Part shown: positions 1 to 10,979 of the stretch, piece after piece | Position numbering within the stretch: position 1 is the first letter of the stretch | Layout: every line of letters begins with the position of its first letter | NCBI RefSeq assembly: GCF_000181795.1 | Contig: NW_003526948.1 | Location: 2,716,562 to 2,737,305, forward strand | DNA from: Trichinella spiralis | Lineage: Eukaryota | Direction: 5' to 3' | Length of the DNA stretch: 20,744 nucleotides | Translations under genes and position numbers: made by a program | The notes under the pieces: generated by a model | Database searches by the model: none | What the model saw: the letters and a program-made list of their open reading frames with translations, nothing else | What the model was told of the DNA's origin: nothing

Positions 1-865
1 TTTTATTATTACTTTACGATGAGAGTGTAAAGTAATAAAACTGCCTTTTTCAAGTATTTTTCTTAAGCAACATCCGGCAAAAAAATAAAAAGTTGAAAAT
101 AAATATGTTCTAATGCTGCGTCATGCAGAACGTTGTCAATTTTTCTCAATGATGATGTCTGTTTGTTCCTGACTGACTCTTCCTCTTCTTCTTCTTCTTC
201 GCTTTGTTATTTATGCTCAACATGCAGTATTAACGTTGTTGAATCAGTAAAAAAAAGATAATGATTTTCACATCTACTTTCAAATATGAATCATCGAGAA
301 CATTTTTCATTAAGCTTTGCAAATGAAATTAATTGAAAGTTTCAATTTGAAGTTTGAACAATGTTGCGTGTCAATCAACAAATGGATTTATTTATTAAGC
401 TAACATATTTTGGCAAGTTTAATTTTGCCCAAACTGCTTCTCTCTGTTCAAATCAACCTCATGACTCAAATTATATATATATATAAATATAAATATGTAG
501 GTATACTGTTTTTTTCAAAATAATTCAAAAATTGCATAAAGTTGATAAAATTATTTTGTTGTTTTAAATATAGTGTAAATATATAATTTTCAATATTGTC
601 AAAGCGAGCAACATGCTGACCAGTTGTTTATGAGCTTGTTTGCTTGCCATAGTTACGTAATGAAAAGTTGTGTGCATTGTTAGAAACTAAGTCCAGTTAT
701 TTGATTAGCTGGAAAAAATGGAAACAAAGCTAAAAACGAAAACATACGCTAATGATTTAATTATTGGAAGCAATTATTTAATTTGTTTTAAATAAAAAGA
801 ATAATTACTGGGATAAATTTGAAATTTTTTGACCGATGGAAAATAATTGAAAAAAGATGAATCAC

Positions 866-1012
866 CTCGAGTCTGGTCAAAGAACCCAAGTCGGCAACGT
901 TGAGGCTTGGCGCACCGTAACCTCCAAATCCGTAAGCATCGAATCCGCCACTTCGGCTGAGCATGCTTGCTGATCTCATCACTGACGCACTGGGACTGCG
1001 ATACAGAGACAT
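866..1012 (-). CDS. unc-15: Paramyosin, first coding exon (49 aa); the gene continues beyond the left edge of the window
   Basis: Translation MSLYRSPSASVMRSASMLSRSGGFDAYGFGGYGAPSLNVADLGSLTRLE matches the nematode paramyosin N-terminus (MSLYRSPSA...VADLGSLTRLE|DKIRLL). Similarity stops exactly at a phase-0 donor GAG|GTGATT at 865, followed by AT-rich intron. The next exon (DKIRLL...) was not found in 1-865. Confidence 0.95.
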
Positions 1013-1573
1013 GGTGCTGATGTAGTTTTTTCGATTGTCGAATGGAGAATCAATTTACAACAGATCCTGGCAGAAAAATGGAAAAATTGTAGAATTGTTG
1101 AACCGATGGAATAGATGGACCGAAACGCGAAGAAGAAAAGAGAAGACGCGGATACAAGCGACTTGCTTTGTCGAGCAAACCGAGGGTATGTGACTGGTGA
1201 AAGTGAAGCAGCGGCAACCGCAGCGGACGAATATAAACTGCCACGCCACCACTGCCGCCACCACCACCACCGTTGTTGCTGCTATCTATGATCGGAAATT
1301 TTTGCTTAGCCTGGCGGCAATGACAACAAGCTTGGCCGAGGCTAGTCGTTCTGGCGAGTGTGGCTTGCAGATGCGGAGGAATAAAAGTTTCCTCGAACGC
1401 GGAATGTGCAGCCTTGCGAAAATTGTTAGCCAACAACAAACGAGCAAACAACGCCGGAGTTGATTGAAACGGAGGAGGGGAGGGGGATGTAGGGGAAACT
1501 GGACGACGAATTTATATAAAGTTGAAGAAAGAAAAAGTAAAAACGTGATTCGTCTCTTGCCACCAACTGCTTG

Positions 1574-1620
1574 CTACTACTACTACTGCTGCTGCTGCTG
1601 CTGTTGCTGTTGCTGTTGCT
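1574..1620. repeat. Compound microsatellite (TAC)n(TGC)n(TGTTGC)n
   Basis: Directly visible; explains the poly-C/poly-S spurious ORFs. Confidence 0.9.
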
Positions 1621-1734
1621 ATAGTTGGCCCCTGCTAGTTGGCCATCCTGAACGGCTGTTGTTACTATTGAATCACGCACATTCCGTTGCCGTTCGTGCG
1701 CATCCTCTTCTTCTACCTAGCAAGCAAGCAAGCA

Positions 1735-1766
1735 ATATATATATATATAATATATATATATATATA
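1735..1766. repeat. (TA)n microsatellite, interrupted
   Basis: Directly visible. Confidence 0.9.
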
Positions 1767-2738
1767 CCCACTATATGTGCTGCAGCTGCTGCTGCTTCTG
1801 CTTACGCTTCTACTTTTCTCTGTGCAACACTGCAATTTTACAAATGTTCGCAGCTGATTCCATCTGGCTAGCGTCAGAACGCTTCAATAGCTTCTTTCTT
1901 CAATTAAACTTCACTTTACTTTCAACAACGTTCCATTCGGGCAGCTGCTGTTCGTTTACACCGTCGTCAGTTTGTTGGTTTCAACAACCGAAACATCCTA
2001 ATTCTAGCCATCCACGTCAACGATGTTCATAAACTACTGCGGCTGTGGACTTCCCCAAGCTGCAAGCTGTTCAAATATATGTTCCATAGTACACTTCCTG
2101 TCTGGTTTCGCATTTTTATCGCTTTTTCTTTGCTTTCTCACCTGCGAACAATTTATTTTAGAATCAATTTTATTATTTTTATAAAACACTAATTTTGCCG
2201 GCATAGAAGCAGAGCAACAACAAAGAACACCAACGTCAGTCAACGAACATGTGATCTTGTGTTATTTTTATTTCCAACAAATATTCACACAAATTTTACA
2301 TGAACAAAACAAAACAACGAAAAGTATAAAACATGCTCATATAAAATCAATCAGACATGCTTTTTTTTAATTATTAGATCTGTAAAGATGATTTTCGATG
2401 ATCAGTTAATGTTTTCACTGTTAAATGCGAGCACAAACCAAAGATAACTGAACAAAATGAAAATTATTAATTATTCACCATTGAACCTGCTCTGCATGAA
2501 ATTTTGTTCTGTTTTGATCGCTTTAACATGCTAGCTATTACGTTCAGCGCTCATATCATTATTTTTCAACTCAGTCAACTTTGAAATGATTGTAAATATG
2601 CATAGTTTGTATAAGTAAAAAATTTGCTTTTTTTCTTTCTTCATTTTGGACAATTTAAAATGAAATAAATTTTTTCATCAAGATATTCAATTCAAGTATC
2701 AAGTTTCCTTGTGTTTTATGCCCATCTGCTGTTGTTCC

Positions 2739-2763
2739 AATAATAATAATAATAATAATAATT
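2739..2763. repeat. (AAT)n microsatellite
   Basis: About 8 AAT units. Confidence 0.9.
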
Positions 2764-4069
2764 GATCTGTTCAACTGGTGGAATGGCTGGAATTTTTCAG
2801 ATTAAATTTCCGTCTAAAATAATTGGCATTAATAGAAATTAAAGTAGTTCAGCAATACGAATAAAAAACCCTCATACGATCAAACTGATCTGATTAATCG
2901 AATATATTTCGACAATGTTGCTGCTTTAATAATCGAAGCAAATTAAATTTTAATCAGGTTCATGCAAGAGCTTTAATCCGTACGATAGTGGAATAAGTGA
3001 ACAATGATATTTGCATGAATGCAGATGATCAAGTTGGTAATCTTTGTTGAAAGTTACATTTTACCCCTGGTTCATTTATATTTAGAAAAACTATTTTGAC
3101 TTTTGCTATTGCTATATTTACGTTCATGGGAAGCATTACAAACGTAACCACTTCATGTTTCAATGTTATCAAGTGATGATTGTTGAAAAAAGAAGGTAAA
3201 ATTTATGCCGATACATTTGATAATTAATTTCAAGTGAAATTTGTTGCTCAACTGTACTTTTCCTACGCCTTTACGCTTAATGTTGCTATACTCGTATTAA
3301 CGAAGTCGAAGTGTAACACTGCTAATTGAACGTTTATTAAAAATAGAGCAGTGCGCACACGTATTTGAATTCTTCATCACCATTGTTCAAAGATAACTAA
3401 TTATTCTATCATCTGCAAATATAGCACGATTTAGCCGGAAGCGATATGTTCTATATTATATATACAAGGAGGAAACAGCATGCACTCTGTATCCGTGCAA
3501 TTCCATTTCTGCAAGTAAGAATGTGAGCGTCGAGGAAACGGGACTGTTTTGCATTGCAATGGAAAAAGTTGAATAATCACCATATAATTCAAGTAAGAAC
3601 TTCAAAATTTGTTTAATACACAGTGTACATAAAACACATAACGAATAAAGTGTAAAAGAATTTCAGTTTAATTAAATCTCATTTCATATATTTGTATTAT
3701 ATATGCTTATTTATTTATTTAAAAATAAAAGGCAGTTCATTTTTTACAATTACTTTTTCGGTTTATTCTACATATTTACAATTCATTTTTCACTACGCTT
3801 GTTTTACTTTCAAAATTGTGTTCATCTATCGTTCATCTGAACATTAGATCAGTGCTTTTGCAATTGAAGCGAAGCATTAGCACAGGTTCATTTTTCTAAT
3901 ACTTCCAGTTACCTCAAAGCGAATTGCTTTTCCTGTCATAGAGCCATATATATAACGGAACAAATTTTCCTAACACTCGGTCCGTACTTCATATCGTTTT
4001 CATTTCTGAAGATCAGCTCATCATGCTTTGTTAAGCGGTAAATGATTTCTGTCCAACAAAAGAGATCTG

Positions 4070-6976
4070 ACATTAATTTTTGTTTTTTGTTAACACTGTC
4101 CGCGTTGCAGTGCATCGAAATTTATGGAATTTCATTTTTGAACATTATTTGATAGAAAATCAACAACGAGTGAATTATAGTTTATGAATATAATTTTATT
4201 AATGATTGATTTACATTATAAATTATGAACATATCAGCAGTTAATAATGATAAATAATTGAAAAATTGTTAATTAATAAAATTGATATTATAAATAAAGT
4301 TGTAATCAGGCTTCATTCAACTTCTCCCCGAAAGAAACCATTTCCTGTTCTGCCCTTGTCGAAATACAGAAATTACGATGGTTTTCACCGTTTCTTCTCC
4401 TCTCAGCAATACTTCTCAGCTAAAAAAGAAGTTATTGAATGGAATCTGCGCTTTGTGCAAAATAAAGACTAACCATATTCGTAGGCTGAAAAAAGCATAC
4501 GCAAAAAATGATAATTGCAATTAAGCACATTCCAGCAAATATAACGGACAATGCGATGCAGAATTCTGAAATATGAACAATAAATTAATGTTGAAAACAT
4601 TTTTAATTACGTTTAAGTATAAAAAATTAGACTGCTGAAAAAAATTTCAAAATTTTGATAGTGAATATAAAATGCGTTATATAGTTTTCAGTATGTATCT
4701 CAACAGAGTAGATGCATAAAAATAACTGTGCATGCTATTTGATGAAGCAATTGTTTTGGAATTATGTTGTGGTTGAAAAAGTAAAGTAGCGATGATAATA
4801 ATAAATGCTAAGTAAATAACAAGAGCGAAACTTACTCTCAACATGGTCTTCTTCGCATCTTGCAGTATATCGGTTGGTTTGATTTAATTCTGAAAAATAG
4901 AATTGCATGTTAATAAATTTCTCATTAAATGGCAAATGAACAACAAATTGTCCTGCAATGAATTTCAAGTTTAATTTAAAAATGGAGAACTCTGAGAATT
5001 ACGCATGAATAATTTACGGAAGAGTTACTAATTAGCTGCATAAATAAAAATCATCGTCTAATGCAGTGACTGAACTAAATTTTAGCTAATAGCATAATGA
5101 CATATTTATGTTCTCAAAAACTGATCCAACGACACCTATAAACTGGAAACGTCAGGAATAAATTAAACGGCTACAGTGGAAATTAAACACTTTCAGTCAT
5201 AGGAAGTATCTTGAATAGAAAGATTGTTCATTCCTTTTTATACAAGTAAATATTCATAAACGGAACAGTATTATTAGCAACCTCAATACATAAATCTCAT
5301 AATGCTGGGAAAAATGAACCATATTTGATATATATTCTTATTAATGAAAATGATTATATTACTTTTACTTCTGTTTGTTCCTTTGTAATTCACCGTCTGG
5401 GTACAAATAATCGGCGCTAAAGTCGACGTAATAACAAAATTTGGTGGTGGAGTTTCAAATTCTACATCACTTCCATTTGTTTTGCCCGCTTTCAGTTTTT
5501 CAGATGCATTATCATTTCCATATGTTTTGCTACCGTTAACCACATTTACTAAAAGAGTGTAATTTTCAATTTCATGTAGTGATTATTCGAATTATAGAAT
5601 ATTTTTCACTGTTCATATTCACTTCATTTTATGACATGGTTTATCATTATGATTAAAGCTTATTCTGTGATTGTTTCTAATTCACCTGTATTATTGAAAT
5701 TTAAATATTGTACTGTTGTACCAATGAGTATTGTCAAACTTCGGTTTCATACTTACATATCTCGTCAGTGTGTTCTTTTGATCTGTTATTAGCAGGTTCA
5801 ACTTTTTCTGAAAAATTTGTTGGTATTGGAGTCGTTGTTTGTGGTGTAAGCGTTATGGGCGTTTGTGGGGCTTTTATAACAAATTCGGTGATGTTTTCTT
5901 TTTCGGTAGGTGTTTCAAATACTGTTGCTTTTACATCTGTTTTGTTGTTATTCTCAGCATTCTCTAAAAAATGCAATTTTCAATATATTGAATTGTTTAT
6001 TGAATTGAAAAGTACTTTTTCAATGTTGATTATCATAATATTACATGGCCTGTTTATGAATATAATTATAACGAAATAATAGTTTTAATTATTCAATTAT
6101 GATTTCTTAAACACCTGCGTGTTTTGCAAATGTCAGTGTTGCATCCTTGTGAAAAGTATTTTCATTAGTTTTCAGTATGCTACTCACCGTTTGGTAGATA
6201 TTCATTTGAAATGTTCCTTTTCATTGTTTCGGTCCGGTTTTGTTTGTCGTAGAGAAGTCCATTTTTGCCCATCGCCGTATTGTCCAGTGCCCATGTAACA
6301 GCCTTTGAAGTAAATTGGTGAAATCATTTGATGCGAAAATATCTTTGGGTACTTACTACTTGATAACATACGGCAGCTGTTATCAGCAAAAGTGGAAAAT
6401 TATGTGAGAGCCTGAAATTTTCAATCTTTATGAAACAGTTTTCTAAACAATAATGATTATTGTTAATTTGTTATCAAATTATATTTATGCTTATTTCTTG
6501 AAGCTCATATCGCTTGCTGGGTCGTGTATAATTATTTTAAATATGATAATAATGGAATTTGGGGAAGCAGTGCTCTACTAAGGTTTTGAAATATTTCTTT
6601 TTCATCTAATATATCCATTGATGAAATGTTTAAATACAACGTAAAGTAAAACTTACGATTTGCATGTAGACCGTCCTAGCATTTTCGAGCCGCTGTTAAC
6701 TGTAAGCGCCAACATCGGAATGTGAAATGTGATTTAGTTATCGAGTACATTGCACGTGCCTTTTAAAGTTTTTAAAGTTTAAACTAAAAAATATTTAAAG
6801 TGAATCTCAGTACAGTAGAACTTGATTTTCAAATATTGTATTAGTCGATCATATTTCCATAAATTTCAATAATATTTTTAATTAAAATTATATTTTAATA
6901 TTTTAATAAATTATATTTTTTAAAATGCACTGCAGCTGAGTTTAGTAAGATTTGATTAGCGAATAGATAAAGGAAA
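4070..6976 (+). repeat. Tandem segmental duplication A, copy 1 (~2.9 kb)
   Basis: Aligns colinearly with 8009-10899 (offset ~3940) from ACATTAATTTTTGTTTT to GAATAGATAAAGGAAA. ORFs 5734-5976 and 9676-9918 are identical. A ~1 kb unique spacer lies at 6977-8008. Confidence 0.97.
4306..6715 (-). CDS. Uncharacterised type-I membrane mucin-like glycoprotein, paralogue 1 (~293 aa; predicted exons 6657-6715, 6357-6411, 6188-6302, 5757-5963, 5363-5548, 4836-4889, 4474-4565, 4306-4419)
   Basis: All introns are GT-AG with compatible phases, giving one open frame of 882 nt: (MLALTVNSGSK)MLGRSTCKSLSHNFPLLLITAAVCYQVAVTWA signal peptide; ectodomain with 11 N-x-S/T sequons and a T/P-rich stretch; TM exon KFCIALSVIFAGMCLIAIIIFCVCFFQPTNM; basic tail LRSIAERRRNGENHRNFCISTRAEQEMVSFGEKLNEA*. 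AATAAA on the minus strand at 4195-4200. The start codon (6715 vs 6682) and exon-5 donor (5363 vs 5369) are uncertain. Confidence 0.82.
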
Positions 6977-8008
6977 CGCGAATTGGCCAAGTTTTCTTAT
7001 ACAGAGGTACTGAGATTCTTATTATAACTGTTTTATGATGATTTTTAATAAGATGCTGTTTTATGAAACAACATCTTTATAAAAATGCAGAGAAAAAAGG
7101 TTTCTTTTTATAAATTAGTTTTTATAATTTAATGCTGTTCTACAGATTTACTGATGTTTATTTAATTCAACAGCTATTAGTGAAGGCAAATTTAGAATAC
7201 TGCACAAGAAAATATAATTAATCCGCCATTGAATCTTTCCAAAAATTTGCCCCTCACTGCAGTAAAATAAATATGAAACTGTGACCAATATTTCTAATTT
7301 TGATTAATATCTGATGATATTTATCAGTATTTGATAGTAGGTTAATTTTCAATAGCATGGAATTGTTGGTTTTGCTGAACAATTTGCCAAAAATGGATTG
7401 TAACTAATTGTGAATTTATATGGAGTTGAAAAAATGTAATGTTTGGTTAATAATGTAAAGAAAATGCATGATATTAACTGTATTTTACTTCTGAAACGTG
7501 GACATTAATGTTGTGAGAATGAAAGTTTAATTGTTGAAACAAAATTTCTTTTCTCCAAAAGTTTGCAATTGTCATGAACAATAAAATAGCCCTTGCTGTT
7601 GTTGCGTCAATGCTTTGTCAAAAATTTGAAAATGAAAATAAATTATAATCCATTATACAACCTTTCATGTGAAAAGCAAATGTAGATACAGTCAATTCTG
7701 TACGTAGCTGGAAATGATGGAACTACCTTTATGCGTGAAACAATATATGATTGCATTTATTGCTGTATTAACTGTGTAGTAACAGGTGACATGCATTTTT
7801 TGTATATGGTTAAATCGATGAACTTATGCGGAGAAAAAGAATGCATAATATTTCATTAATTGAGAAAATATTTGTTTGTAATTCAGACACTTGTACCGCA
7901 TCATTAATATTTTGCAACTTCATTTATAATGAATTTAGGGCATTGAAAATTTGGTTGCGCTCCTGCTCTTGATGTAATTGAACGACTAATTTATAACCTG
8001 TTCATTTA

Positions 8009-10899
8009 ACATTAATTTTTGTTTTTCGTTAACACTGCCCGCATTGCAGTGCATCGAAATTTATGGAATTTCATTTTTGAATATTATTTGATAGAAAATC
8101 AACAACGAGTGAATTATGGTTTTTGAATATAATTTTATTAATGATTGATTTACATTATAAATTATGAACATATCAGCAGTTAATAATGATAAATAATTGA
8201 AAAACTGTTAATTAATAAAATTGATATTATAAATATAGTTGTAATCAGGCTTCATTCAACTTCTCCCCGAAAGAAACCATTTCCTGTTCTGCCCTTGTCG
8301 AAATACAGAAATTATGATGGTTTTCACCGTTTCTTCTCCTCTCAACTATATCTCTCAGCTAAAAAAGAAGTTATTGAATGGAATCTGCCCTTTATGCAAA
8401 ATAAAGACTAACCGTCTTCATAGGCTGAAAGTGGAATACGCATAAGCAGATTACTGCAATGAAGGTTAATGCAATGAATGTAATGGACATTCCGATACAA
8501 GCATCTGAAATATGAACAATAAATTAATGTTGAAAACATTTTTAATTACGTTTAAGTATAAAAAATTAGACTGCTGAAAAAAATTTCAAAATTTTGATAG
8601 TGAATATAAAATGCGTTATATAGTTTTCAGTATGTATCTCAACAGAGTAGATGCATAAAAATAACTGTGCATGCTATTTGATGAAGCAGTTGTTTTGTAA
8701 TTATGTTGTAGTTGAAGAAGTAAAGTAGTGATGATAATTATAAGTAGCATGTGAATAAGGCGAGTGAAACTTACTCAGGCTTTGATCGCTTTCGCATGTT
8801 AAAATATGTCGGTGGGTTTGATTTAATTCTGAAAAATAGAATTGCATGTTATATAAATTTCTCATCAAGCAGAAAATGAACAATAAGTTATCCTACAATG
8901 TATTGAGAAATTTCAAGTTTAATTAAAGAATAGAATTAATTATGTGTGAAGAATGTATAGAATAGTTCCTAATTAGCTGCATAAATAAAAAACACCGTCT
9001 AATGCAGTGATTGATTTAAAATTTAATTAATAGCATTATTACATGTTTATGTCCTCAAAAACTGATCCAACGACACCTATAAACCGGAAACGTCAGGAAT
9101 AAATTAAACAACAGCAGTGCAAATTAAAAGCTTTCAGTCATAGGATGTATCTTGAATACACAAATTGTTCATTCCTTTTTTTACAAGTAAAATACTCATT
9201 AGCGAAACAGTATTATTAGCAACCTCAATGCATAAATCTCATAATGCTGGGAAAAATGAACCATATTTGATATATATTCTTATTAATGAAAATGATGATA
9301 TTACTTTTACTTCTGTTTGTTCCTTTGTAATTCACCGTCTGGGTGCAATTAATCGGCGCTAAAGTCGACGTAATAACAAAATTTGGTGGTGGAGTTTCAA
9401 ATTCTACATCACTTCCATTTGTTTTGCCCGCTTTCAGTTTTTCAGATACATTATCATTTCCATATGTTTTGCTACCGTTAACCACATTCACTAAAAGAGT
9501 GTAATTTTCAATTTCATGTAGTGATTATTCGAATTATAGAATATTTTTCACTGTTCATATTCACTTCATTTTATGACATGGTTTATCATTATGATTAAAG
9601 CTTATTCTGTGATTGTTTCTAATTCACCTGTATTATTGAAATTTAAATATTGTACTGTTGTACCAATGAGTATTGTCAAACTTCGGTTTCATACTTACAT
9701 ATCTCGTCAGTGTGTTCTTTTGATCTGTTATTAGCAGGTTCAACTTTTTCTGAAAAATTTGTTGGTATTGGAGTCGTTGTTTGTGGTGTAAGCGTTATGG
9801 GCGTTTGTGGGGCTTTTATAACAAATTCGGTGATGTTTTCTTTTTCGGTAGGTGTTTCAAATACTGTTGCTTTTACATCTGTTTTGTTGTTATTCTCAGC
9901 ATTCTCTAAAAAATGCAATTTTCAATATATTGAATTGTTTATTGAATTGAAAAGTACTTTTTCAATGTTGATTATCATAATATTACATGGCCTGTTTATG
10001 AATATAATTATAACGAAATAATAGTTTTAATTATTCAATTATGATTTCTTAAACACCTGCGTGTTTTGCAAATGTCAGTGTTGCATCCTTGTGAAAAGTA
10101 TTTTCATTAGTTTTCAGTATGCTACTCACCATTTGGTAGATATTCATTTGAAATGTTCCTTTTCATTGTTTCGGTCCGGTTTTGTTTGTCGTAGAGAAGT
10201 CCATTTTTGCCCATCGCCGTATTGTCCAGTGCCCATGTAACAGCCTTCGAAGTAAATTGGTGAAATCATTTGATGCGAAAATATCTTTGGGTACTTACTA
10301 CTTGATAACATACGGCAGCTGTTATCAGCAAAAGTGGAAAATTATGTGAGAGCCTGAAATTTTCAATCTTTATGAAACAGTTTTCTAAACAATAATGATT
10401 ATTGTTAATTTGTTATCAAATTATATTTATGCTTATTTCTTGAAGCTCATATCGCTTGCTGGGTCGTGTATAATTATTTTAAATATGATAATAATGGAAT
10501 TTGGGGAAGCAGTGCTCTACTAAGGTTTTGAAATATTTCTTTTTCATCTAATATTTCCATTGATGAAATGTTTAAATACAACGTAAAGTAAAACTTACGA
10601 TTTGCATGTAGACCGTCCTAGCATTTTCGAGCCGCTGTTAACTGTAAGCGCCAACATCGGAATGTGAAATGTGATTTAGTTATCGAGCACATTGCACGTG
10701 CCTTTAAAGTTTTTAAAGTTTAAACTAAAAATATTTAAAGTGAATCTCAGTACAATAGAACTTGATTTTCAAATATTGTATTAGTCGATTTTATTTCCAT
10801 TAATTTCAATTATATTTTAATATTGTAATAAATTATATTTTTTCAAAATGCACTGCTGCTGAGTTTGGTGAGATTTGAATAGTGAATAGATAAAGGAAA
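8009..10899 (+). repeat. Tandem segmental duplication A, copy 2
   Basis: Direct repeat of 4070-6976. Confidence 0.97.
8245..10657 (-). CDS. Uncharacterised type-I membrane mucin-like glycoprotein, paralogue 2 (predicted exons 10599-10657, 10299-10353, 10130-10244, 9699-9905, 9305-9490, 8775-8828, 8413-8504, 8245-8358)
   Basis: Same exon lengths and splice sites as paralogue 1, frame intact. TM exon NACIGMSITFIALTFIAVICLCVFHFQPMKT; tail LRDIVERRRNGENHHNFCISTRAEQEMVSFGEKLNEA*. Hydrophobicity is kept despite heavy substitution, which supports coding function. AATAAA (minus) at 8134-8139. Confidence 0.82.
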
Positions 10900-10931
10900 G
10901 GAACTTTGTGCACTTCACACCTTGACGTTCG

Positions 10932-10979
10932 TTGCACAAATTAATTACACACTAATTAATTTGCGCAATTAATTGCGCA
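10932..10979. repeat. Overlapping inverted repeats/palindrome
   Basis: TTGCACAAATTAATTA (10932-10947) pairs with TAATTAATTTGCGCAA (10953-10968) with 1 mismatch; perfect 18-bp palindrome TGCGCAATTAATTGCGCA at 10962-10979. Confidence 0.85.

Larger units (their letters stand above)
1400..2144. promoter_or_regulatory. Putative muscle regulatory region upstream of paramyosin (E-box cluster, M-CAT-like sites, TATA-like palindrome)
   Basis: CAGCTG at 1783, 1851, 1942; CAACTG 1564, CAAATG 1841, CATCTG 1861, CACCTG 2139; GGAATG 1401 and CATTCC 1680; TTTATATAAA 1511-1520. The region is GC-richer than its flanks. Function is inferred only. Confidence 0.4.

Noticed and set aside
1050..2243. Seven overlapping ORFs upstream of paramyosin
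   Set aside because: They arise from GC-rich trinucleotide repeats (poly-C/S/A/T/G runs); no recognisable protein or splice structure.
5708..6079. Plus-strand hydrophobic 123-aa ORF (and identical 9650-10021; also 4266-4472, 9165-9362)
   Set aside because: Antisense shadows of the minus-strand exons; conserved only because the DNA is duplicated.
6115..6145. Possible small exon in intron 3 (CACAAG|GATGC...CGCAG|GT)
   Set aside because: 31 nt, would break the frame; upstream intron only 42 nt.
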